Source: Bacteroidales bacterium (GTDB lineage Bacteria; Bacteroidota; Bacteroidia; Bacteroidales; B18-G4). From it: 24,000 nt of DNA. Positions 17,501 to 24,000 of the stretch are shown one piece after another. The notes beneath the pieces were generated by a model that saw only the letters and a list, made by a program, of their open reading frames with translations, ran no database searches and was not told where the DNA came from. The stretch lies in the NCBI GenBank assembly GCA_030618905.1, contig JAUXCL010000001.1:2513-26512 (forward strand), read 5' to 3'. The first letter of the stretch is position 1; each line of letters opens with the position of its first letter. Position numbers and translations under genes: made by a program.

Positions 17501-20500
17501 CCAGATCACTTCCGGATCAATCGATTCCCATGGCGTGAAAGCCAGTGGTACCTCATATTCATAGTAGTTTTCGGTAAGGTCAGATCCAATCCTGATAAAA
17601 CATGTCAAATCACCATAATCTAATTCCTGGTCTTCCTTTCCTTTCTCGGCATGCACATACATTTTCAACCTTTTGTACTGCCTGAAATCGAACTCAGTGG
17701 TTTTAAAAACTGCCCTGGCATCACCATCGACAAGGTCCCTTACAATTAATGAGAGGGCCTGCTCGTTTAACCTGATCAGGTTGGTGGTCCCAAGGTTAAT
17801 CTCCCTTTCTATACCTGGAGGTATAACATAAGGAACTGGTATCCTTCTGCCATTTTCTTCAATGTTAACGGTTGATACATCAAATACGGTAGAACTTTGA
17901 ATATCATTGGGAATGTAATCTCCAGGAGCAAAAAGATCATGTGCATAACGGCGCCATTCACCACGGACCAGCTCCAAAGTGGCAAAACGCAAAACAATAG
18001 GCTTGGCGAAGTCTTTCATGAACATACGCATGAAACGGATGGATTTGAAATCATCAATCTTGCCAACTACATTAGCAGGAGAAGTAATGGGCACCTTAAA
18101 CTGGTACCAGTGAACCTCTCCAGCATCCCCATTGGCCAGCGGGATCCCCTGGGCATAGTGGATGTCAGTAATAAAATTTTGACCGACCTCCATTTTATCA
18201 GGATCAAGTTCGATCACATACTGAAAATATCTTTCTGATTCACTTAAAGTATTGTCACGGTTCAGGTCCTCAACGTTTGGTAAAGTTGTTGATGATGTCG
18301 GATAAGCCTCTGGATTTTGATCTTCTGTCGGCGAGTTGCCTTCAGACCTGTTGAACTTCTTATATCTTTCAAGGACACTGCCGTATAAAGGATCATTATC
18401 ATAATCAGTGCCCCGGAAATAATGATAGTTATCCGTTGAAGGGTCACTTAATGCCTGCTGGAATGCTCCTGAGTTGGTGCCGAAAATATTGCCAATTGAA
18501 TCCAGGTATGGATGCAAAGCATCAGCACCACCATAAAAAGTCCTTTCGTCATTGTCGCCAAGCCCCTCATAACCAACATCCTGAAATGGCCTTGAAGCTG
18601 GGTCATTATCAAATGACTCGACCAGTGATTGGATGTTCGGAACCCGTCCCCAGCCTGTTGTATCCACGTTAGTTACTTCCGGAGAGGTAGGTAAACCATT
18701 TTCAAGACTTTTCCTTGAGTCCCTCAGGATATCTTCAGAGATATCACCAAGGTTGATATATAGTTTCCCCGGGTTGGTTGTGTCCCCTGTGAAAGGATCC
18801 ATGAGCCAGAACTCAATGTATTCGACATTGGTCGCTTCAAAATCTGTCGACTCTATCCTTCGCATGATTCCACCCCAACGTGATTCCGGGTCAATCAGGG
18901 ATCCGTCATCATTGATACCTCCGGAGACTGATGTTTGGCTTACATCAAAGTTATAAGATCCCTTCTCGCTGGGATAATATGCCATATTAAACACAGGGAT
19001 GTTGGTGGGGACACCCGTTGGAATGTCTTTATTTGGGAATACTTCAGTTTCTAGTACCTGACGTACAGAGTTTTTAGATAATTCATTTTTGTTAATATTG
19101 GGTGGTACCAGGTTCGTATTCCTGTCATAAAACAAAGGATCGATGATGTACCAGGATAGGTTTGCCCTGTTCAGTCCGATCTCAATCTGCCTTTTCCTGC
19201 TTAAGGTGATCTCAGCTTCCGGGAATAAGTCGTACTGCCCCTGTGGGGTACTGGCCATAAACCAGGTACCGAAGTTTTTGAGGTCGATGGTTGATTGGGC
19301 ACCTTCAAAATCATCAATATAAGATGTGCCTGACTTTCCGATCACTTTGGAATGCCCGGGAATAAACTGGGCGAATTCACCGGAGAAGATCACATTGGAT
19401 GGTGCCTTTGTAGAAATTCCCGGGATCTTATCAATCATCTTTGTGATAAACCTTGACTGGGTCTGGTAATTCATGTCAAATCCCCACATGGTATTGGAAA
19501 CCGGATCATTGCCATAACTGACTTTCTGGGTCAGAGGCCGCTCTGTAAGGTTCATCAGGGTAGCCCCGATATAAAAATCCTTGTTGAATTGATGCAGCAC
19601 ATGTGCCCCCATATACCTCTTTGTTTGCAGGTTAAAGAGACTTTGATTTTCCAGGGAGATATTGATGGGTGTACCTGAATTCAGTATCCCTTCATTGATG
19701 ATCCTCACCCTGCCAAGCGTGTAATCAACCGTATAATCCACATTCTCGGTTAGCGTCCTTCCACCGGCTGTAACCCGGACAGACCCTTGCGGAACATTAA
19801 AAGCATTTAATGATATTTCATTCCCGGATGAGGAACTGTAATAACCCGTAATCAGGTATTTGTTTTTCTCCGGGAATTGCTCTGCCCCAACCTTTGTTTG
19901 GGTATAGAGCGAATCATAAGAATAATGATTGGCAAGGGTAGTGTCACCCCCTGCATCCAGAATAAGTTCCCGGATGTATTCTCCAAAGGGCTCCAAAACT
20001 GTAAAATAAACCTTGCCATTGGAAGCCTGAATTGTACCACCGTTGTTAGCTGCACCGTCGATAAAATCGAAAATTCCGTCAGCGGGAGGATTCATAATAG
20101 GGTTCAAGTTGTCAAAGTTCATCAGCTGAATCAAGGGGACCCCTTTGATTCCATCCGGGCCATTGGTAAAATAACCGGTTGGAACCTGGTTCTGATTACC
20201 AGCGTAAAGGATGTTCAGGATGAACTTATCACGGTTAACCTGATAGGCTCCCAGAGAGTAAACATTTTTCATCATCAAGTCCCACATAGGTATGCCAGGG
20301 TCAAGGGTTGTACTCTTCAAGAGCTTGGTTACAAGACAATTGGGAGCAGGAATACCCTGGTCAGAAAACCAACCAACCTGGAATACGGAATCATAACCGA
20401 TTACAGAGTATTGGTAGGTAACTGCCAGGGTTTGATCGAAGTTGAGAGTGGTATTCAAAGAGATAAATCCTAACTTGGGGTTTAGCGTGTATTCGGATGG

Positions 20501-21841
20501 ATCCAGCTTTCTTGCCACCTCCACTTTCTCAAAATCTGCTCCCGGGGTAAAATCAAAAGTAACTTTCAGGTAATCGGATACCGTGTTGATATTGGTAATC
20601 TTGGAAGTATCCATCTGGGCAAGCAGATTATTGGAGTAGTTAGATGGGAGAAAGTTCCCGGGTATCCTTTGTACCACATCAGTGTTGTAGATGTTAGAGT
20701 ACTCACCCAAATCCTGAAATGCTATAATATTTCTGTTTTCCGTTACTGCTGCTCCGATATTGGTTACCCATACTTCAACCCTGAGGATATTGACATCGGA
20801 AGTGACAATAGGAAGATTTTTCAAGGCATTCTCATAGTTATTCCTGAACTGATGAGAAAGGAAAAAGTGTTTGTTTTCGTCATAATCCAGGGATGTCAGG
20901 CTGAATTCATTGGTTTGTGCACCTCCCTGGACTGTAACTGTGGATGTTTCACTTTGCTGTTGGGAAAACACACCGGTAATAGAGGTACGACCGAATTGCA
21001 ATTTGGTCTTGATCCCAAACAGACTTTGACTTCCATTGATCAGGGATGTGGTCAGGGGCATAGAAACGTTTCCACCTTCAATCAACTGGATGATATCATC
21101 CTCTTTACCCTCATATTTTAATTGTAGTTTGTTCTCAAAATCGAAAGTGGCTTCAGTATTGTAATTGGCACGGAATTCTATCTTGTCGCCGATTTTGGCA
21201 ACCACATTCATCTGGATTTTTTCCTGGAAATCAAAATTCGTTGATCTCCTCTGCCTGACATTCAGGGTAGGGTTGTCCGTCTTGTTATGCAGGATGCCAA
21301 AGATCAGCTCTGCGGTTCCCTGAGGGCGGATATCAATGGTGTTATTCCCGAATATGGTTTCAAAGAATTTACCGCCTACATAGATCTTAGGTATGATGCC
21401 GTCCCCCTTGTCAAAACCAGAAGCTGCAAGGGACCTTTCTTTCCAGTAGTTTTGCAATGAATTTTGCAATTCGTAATCCTGGTACTCGTCAAACGACATA
21501 TAGGTTGGATTGCGATAATCAAAATCCCCGACTTTATTTCTAAATATGTATTGGTTTGTTTCCGGGTCGTATTCAATCTCTGTTTGGATGTTGGATGGGT
21601 TCTTCAGGTAAAGGCCATGTGTATCCGCGGGTTGGAAAAGCAGGTCGCCAGCATCCTGGAATGGGAATACTAAATTGGCAGGGGCAGTGGTGTCCGGAAT
21701 GGTGTCAGGAGCTAATATAATATTACTATTGTCCTGTACCCCATTTGTTGGGTATACCTTGGCCGGTATTTTCCAGACGATTGATACAAAGGTCAGGACA
21801 ATAACAAGCTTTATAAAATATTTAACATATCGTACCAACAA
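14540..21841 (-). CDS. sprA: Type IX secretion system translocon / gliding-motility protein SprA (Sov)
   Basis: 2433 aa, the size class of SprA/Sov. The N-terminal hydrophobic leader is followed by a conserved SprA-like N-terminal region (PFQDAGDLLFQP...LKNPSNIQTEIEYDPETNQYIFRNKVGDFDYRNPTYMSFDEYQDYE). The composition is beta-barrel-like throughout and the C-terminus is GGISLRFSLAQ. ruvA lies immediately upstream. The start codon is TTG (see findings). Confidence 0.88.
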   Translation of the reverse strand: MLVRYVKYFIKLVIVLTFVSIVWKIPAKVYPTNGVQDNSNIILAPDTIPDTTAPANLVFPFQDAGDLLFQPADTHGLYLKNPSNIQTEIEYDPETNQYIFRNKVGDFDYRNPTYMSFDEYQDYELQNSLQNYWKERSLAASGFDKGDGIIPKIYVGGKFFETIFGNNTIDIRPQGTAELIFGILHNKTDNPTLNVRQRRSTNFDFQEKIQMNVVAKIGDKIEFRANYNTEATFDFENKLQLKYEGKEDDIIQLIEGGNVSMPLTTSLINGSQSLFGIKTKLQFGRTSITGVFSQQQSETSTVTVQGGAQTNEFSLTSLDYDENKHFFLSHQFRNNYENALKNLPIVTSDVNILRVEVWVTNIGAAVTENRNIIAFQDLGEYSNIYNTDVVQRIPGNFLPSNYSNNLLAQMDTSKITNINTVSDYLKVTFDFTPGADFEKVEVARKLDPSEYTLNPKLGFISLNTTLNFDQTLAVTYQYSVIGYDSVFQVGWFSDQGIPAPNCLVTKLLKSTTLDPGIPMWDLMMKNVYSLGAYQVNRDKFILNILYAGNQNQVPTGYFTNGPDGIKGVPLIQLMNFDNLNPIMNPPADGIFDFIDGAANNGGTIQASNGKVYFTVLEPFGEYIRELILDAGGDTTLANHYSYDSLYTQTKVGAEQFPEKNKYLITGYYSSSSGNEISLNAFNVPQGSVRVTAGGRTLTENVDYTVDYTLGRVRIINEGILNSGTPINISLENQSLFNLQTKRYMGAHVLHQFNKDFYIGATLMNLTERPLTQKVSYGNDPVSNTMWGFDMNYQTQSRFITKMIDKIPGISTKAPSNVIFSGEFAQFIPGHSKVIGKSGTSYIDDFEGAQSTIDLKNFGTWFMASTPQGQYDLFPEAEITLSRKRQIEIGLNRANLSWYIIDPLFYDRNTNLVPPNINKNELSKNSVRQVLETEVFPNKDIPTGVPTNIPVFNMAYYPSEKGSYNFDVSQTSVSGGINDDGSLIDPESRWGGIMRRIESTDFEATNVEYIEFWLMDPFTGDTTNPGKLYINLGDISEDILRDSRKSLENGLPTSPEVTNVDTTGWGRVPNIQSLVESFDNDPASRPFQDVGYEGLGDNDERTFYGGADALHPYLDSIGNIFGTNSGAFQQALSDPSTDNYHYFRGTDYDNDPLYGSVLERYKKFNRSEGNSPTEDQNPEAYPTSSTTLPNVEDLNRDNTLSESERYFQYVIELDPDKMEVGQNFITDIHYAQGIPLANGDAGEVHWYQFKVPITSPANVVGKIDDFKSIRFMRMFMKDFAKPIVLRFATLELVRGEWRRYAHDLFAPGDYIPNDIQSSTVFDVSTVNIEENGRRIPVPYVIPPGIEREINLGTTNLIRLNEQALSLIVRDLVDGDARAVFKTTEFDFRQYKRLKMYVHAEKGKEDQELDYGDLTCFIRIGSDLTENYYEYEVPLAFTPWESIDPEVIWPYGNRFDIDLQALVDVKHRRNIQMRIPGSDIYQNVPYIEYDGNNKVTVLGKPAISDVMAILIGVRNPRKPGETELEGINAEIWVNELRLTDFNDKSGWAATANVKVDLADFGRIVLSGAYSTPNFGSLEQKVNQTQRESIAQMGISSDLELGEFFPEKSGVRVPLHFDYSQTVSNPEYNPMDPDILMKDDMNSYTRKSLQDSLLQASQEFTEHTSINFINVRKDRVGASKKPRVYDIENFNVTYAYSTLYARNIDIEYDVAKEHRGGLGYNFSTAPKNVRPFERIGFISKSSSLKLIKDFNFYYLPKSFSFTTDMVKNYNETKLRNKSLGLIRITPTFVRKWDWNRNFNLRYDFSKGLSVDFNAQTKAFINEAPGSKDPNSEFFDQGANDTIDISKQFWQGGIKDLYTQTFNVNYKIPINKIPIFDWIGSNFTYQANYSWRASPLSIQNTQGNQIENSNSIQFNNKLNFDNLYNKSPYLKQLTRKSRGGGQRGGAPNRQRGADQQAEQDTTDVKPKKNYLKIVGEGFLRILLGVKKASLNYTETNGTYLPGFMPQPDFLGTNFNYNAPGLGFVFGSQKDIRPDAINNGWLTTDTVFNQAFMRKHTDLLNYKLTFEPFPDFKIEFSGDRSYANNLQEFFRADSLGEFQIFSPQAGGNFSISYISIGTAFEKAGDNNSSEAFDNLLAYRQEVSAYLGEQNPNSSNQPLVYDSITNAYYAYGYGPTQQEVLMYSFRAAYQGKNPDQINSAIFPSFPLPNWRITYNGLTNIKGVKNVFQKITLGHGYRSVYAITRFVSSPNYQEIDGNASRVMDFSNVFVPRYDMGQITIAEQFAPLFSIDMTFQNSLSTRFEWKKSRNLTMSYANNQVTDIRTNEIVVGIGYRIKDLSFSIKALGGGGRKKRMQSDLNLKLDISVRENKTVLRRIDENLSQVSAGQRVISINTSADYALSDKLMFRFFFDKIINSPFVSSQYRTSTTNGGISLRFSLAQ

Positions 21842-21949
21842 AAAATCGAGTTTTAACAGGTAAAGGGTTTAGCGTAATTACTCAAAATTTTGTAATTGAA
21901 AAATGCTTTATCTCTAACCACCTTTAATAAAACAGGATATGCATCTGTA

Positions 21950-22549
21950 TTAAAGGATCTTCAAAGCTTCCTTTATAATATTTTCAACAGATGCAGCATT
22001 TTCACCTTCAATCAGCTTGTCTGACTGAAGGATTTTATCGATCGCTTTTTCAGCTTGAACTTTACTAAACCCAAGTATAATTAAACCTGTTAACGCTTCT
22101 TGCTTGATCGTATTGTGTGAAACCGGCAAATTTTCTGCTGAAATTACTGCCTTATCCAGTTTATCTTTCAAATCAACGATGATCCTTTCGGCTGACTTTG
22201 CTCCAATGCCCTTCACCGATTTTAATGTTGTAACATCCTTCATCACAATGGCGTGAATCAATTCTTCCGGTGTCAGAGAAGAAAGAATAAGCCTTGCTGT
22301 GTTAGCCCCAATACCACTTACGGAAATCAGCTGCCTGAATAAAGTCCGCTCTTCCTCTTCCATAAAACCAAAAAGTAATTCAGCATCTTCCCGTACCACA
22401 TGATGTAAATACAAACGGCACTGCTCATGGTCTGCCAACAATGCATAGGTGTGAAGGGAAATGTGGATCATATATCCCAGGCCATTGATATCAATAATCG
22501 CATGTGTGGGATGTTTTTCAGCTAACCTGCCCTTAATATAAGAATACAT
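21950..22549 (-). CDS. ruvA: Holliday junction branch-migration complex subunit RuvA
   Basis: 199 aa. The OB domain begins MYSYIKGRL...IIDINGLGYMIHISLHTY. The HhH motifs are VSGIGANTARLILS and VKGIGAKSAERIIVDLKDK. Confidence 0.95.
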   Translation of the reverse strand: MYSYIKGRLAEKHPTHAIIDINGLGYMIHISLHTYALLADHEQCRLYLHHVVREDAELLFGFMEEEERTLFRQLISVSGIGANTARLILSSLTPEELIHAIVMKDVTTLKSVKGIGAKSAERIIVDLKDKLDKAVISAENLPVSHNTIKQEALTGLIILGFSKVQAEKAIDKILQSDKLIEGENAASVENIIKEALKIL

Positions 22550-22585
22550 AAAGATTTGGGTTACAATTTAATTCTCGTAAATATG

Positions 22586-22593
22586 CAAAACTA
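22586..22593 (-). promoter_or_regulatory. Candidate -7 promoter box for ruvA(-sprA)
   Basis: The minus strand reads TAGTTTTG, 37 nt upstream of the ruvA ATG (22549). A second overlapping candidate is TATATTTG at 22594-22601. No such box is seen in the 108-nt ruvA-sprA gap. Confidence 0.3.
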
Positions 22594-22650
22594 CAAATAT
22601 AATTATGGTAAATCCTTTTCGTTAAAAAAGTCTTGCAAATTTATACCGGT

Positions 22651-22662
22651 TATAAATTTATA
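22651..22662. repeat. Perfect 12-bp palindrome TATAAATTTATA, with an upstream copy of its AAATTTATA core
   Basis: TATAAATTTATA (22651-22662) is self-complementary. AAATTTATA also occurs at 22637-22645, which forms a 9-bp inverted repeat around CCGGT with 22651-22659. It lies in the ruvA/maeB divergent intergenic region. Confidence 0.55.
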
Positions 22663-22703
22663 AAATATTGATACGAATTGATGCAATTGAAATGACTTAT
22701 TAT

Positions 22704-22711
22704 TAGTTTTG
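22704..22711 (+). promoter_or_regulatory. Candidate -7 promoter box for the malic enzyme gene
   Basis: TAGTTTTG is an exact TAnnTTTG match, 43 nt upstream of ATG 22754. Confidence 0.35.
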
Positions 22712-22753
22712 TGGCCAAGTATTGTTAAAAGTTTCACAACTAAATTTATCATC

Positions 22754-24000
22754 ATGGATACCCTATTCAGGAAAGACGCTTTTGCTTATCATGCTGAGGG
22801 CCGGCCAGGCAAGATCGAAGTTATCCCCAGCAAACCATATTCCACACAACGTGATCTGTCACTTGCCTACACTCCGGGTGTGGCTGATCCCTGTCTGGAG
22901 ATCCACAAGAACCCGGACGATGTGTATAAATATACTGCCAAAGGCAACCTGGTGGCGGTCATTTCCAATGGAACCGCCGTGCTGGGCCTGGGTGATATAG
23001 GTCCTGAAGCCGGAAAACCGGTAATGGAAGGGAAGGGCTTATTATTTAAAATCTTTGCAGATATTGATGTGTTCGACATTGAAGTTGATGTCAAGGATAT
23101 CGACAGGTTTGTTGATACAGTGGTGGCCATAGCCCCCACTTTCGGGGGTATCAACCTGGAAGATATCAAAGCCCCTGAATGTTTTGAGATCGAGATGCGT
23201 ATTAAAGAAGCTCTGGACATTCCTGTGATGCATGATGATCAGCACGGTACAGCGATCATTACCGCAGCCGGTTTGATGAATGCGCTGGAAATGACCAATA
23301 AAAAAATTGGAGAAGCCAGGATTGTTGTCAATGGTGCCGGAGCCTCAGCTGTTTCCTGTACCAAGCTATATATTGCCCTGGGAGTAAAACCGGAAAATAT
23401 CATTATGCTCGACAGCAAGGGCGTGCTTCATGTGGACCGGACTGACTTGAATCCTAGCAAACAACAATTTGTAACAAGCAGAGATGTACACACACTTGAA
23501 GAAGCCATTAATGGTGCCGATATGTTCCTTGGGCTTTCTGTTGCCGATGTTCTGAAAAAAGAGTTCCTGCTGTCAATGGCAGAGAACCCGATTGTTTTTG
23601 CCCTGGCCAACCCAAACCCGGAGATCAGTTATAATGATGCTATTGAAACCAGGTCGGATATTGTCATGGCAACAGGGCGTTCGGATTTTCCAAACCAGAT
23701 CAATAACGTACTTGGATTTCCATTTATCTTCAGGGGAGCGATGGATGTGAGGGCTACGGAGATTAATGAAGAAATGAAACTGGCAGCCTCACGTGCCCTG
23801 GCTGAACTAACCAAGGAGCCTGTTCCTGAGGAAGTAAACATCGCGTATCACGAGAAAAACCTGACGTTTGGGAAGGAATATATCATTCCTAAACCCACTG
23901 ATCCAAGATTAATTCTTCGTGTGGCACCTGCAGTTGCACAAGCTGCCATGGAAACTGGTGTGGCCAAAAAGCCAATTGAAGATTGGGAGAAATATCGAGA
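22754..24000 (+). CDS. maeB: NADP-dependent malic enzyme (MaeB-type), 3'-truncated by the window end
   Basis: Absent from the ORF track because there is no stop in the window. My translation from ATG 22754 gives [47 protein letters not shown]...[31 protein letters not shown]...[18 protein letters not shown]...[10 protein letters not shown]...VVNGAGASA...ALANPNPEI. These are classic malic-enzyme motifs. The track ORF 22722..23000 is in a different frame and is spurious. Confidence 0.9.
   Translation, partial: MDTLFRKDAFAYHAEGRPGKIEVIPSKPYSTQRDLSLAYTPGVADPCLEIHKNPDDVYKYTAKGNLVAVISNGTAVLGLGDIGPEAGKPVMEGKGLLFKIFADIDVFDIEVDVKDIDRFVDTVVAIAPTFGGINLEDIKAPECFEIEMRIKEALDIPVMHDDQHGTAIITAAGLMNALEMTNKKIGEARIVVNGAGASAVSCTKLYIALGVKPENIIMLDSKGVLHVDRTDLNPSKQQFVTSRDVHTLEEAINGADMFLGLSVADVLKKEFLLSMAENPIVFALANPNPEISYNDAIETRSDIVMATGRSDFPNQINNVLGFPFIFRGAMDVRATEINEEMKLAASRALAELTKEPVPEEVNIAYHEKNLTFGKEYIIPKPTDPRLILRVAPAVAQAAMETGVAKKPIEDWEKYR

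Noticed and set aside
19877-21121. Antisense ORFs of 198 aa (19877..20473) and 150 aa (20669..21121) opposite sprA, and other 60-115 aa antisense ORFs across the window
   Set aside because: They lie entirely within well-supported long CDSs on the other strand and have no recognisable motifs. Such ORFs are expected by chance in a 7.3-kb gene of moderate GC.
22722-23000. Track ORF 22722..23000 (+), TTG start, 92 aa
   Set aside because: It is out of frame with the malic-enzyme reading frame that starts at ATG 22754 and continues open to the window end with strong homology motifs.
1-24000. Search for CRISPR arrays, tRNA/rRNA, IS elements, integrases, toxin-antitoxin or known defence cassettes
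   Set aside because: No spaced identical repeats, no tRNA-like or rRNA-like segments, and no transposase or integrase motifs were seen. Intergenic space is short and accounted for by promoters. The PIN-PhoH protein is a conserved single-gene fusion, not a TA pair.

Overview
This is a tightly packed chromosomal segment that looks Bacteroidota-derived. The clues are the giant T9SS translocon gene sprA, TAnnTTTG-type -7 promoter boxes, a Bacteroidia-style TonB N-terminus and a lipoprotein glutaminyl cyclase. Gene order, left to right: (-) 5' fragment of a secreted protein, (-) unrecognised 93-aa protein, (-) HlyD-family membrane-fusion adaptor, then divergently (+) sigma-54-dependent response regulator, (+) sensor histidine kinase, (+) M28-fold glutaminyl cyclase. 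These are followed by (-) PIN-PhoH ATPase, (+) polA, (+) class II (B12-dependent) ribonucleotide reductase nrdJ, (-) tonB-family protein, (-) VanZ-family protein, (-) gcvH, (-) sprA (2433 aa), (-) ruvA and (+) NADP-malic enzyme (3'-truncated, missing from the ORF track). I found no rRNA, tRNA, CRISPR array, transposase, integrase or recognisable defence genes. Most of the window is ordinary core genome, and I do not see convincing evidence for a new multi-gene system. The best candidate for something undescribed is the left ~5.6 kb. There a sigma-54 activator/kinase pair is translationally coupled to a glutaminyl cyclase. It faces a divergent HlyD/93-aa/secreted-protein operon that carries a perfect TGGCAC -24 element. 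Secondary curiosities are an exact 7-nt-phased GTGAC array over the polA promoter, motifs shared between the polA and nrdJ upstream regions, and a non-ATG start for sprA. All functional calls rest on motif recognition by eye; no database search was run.
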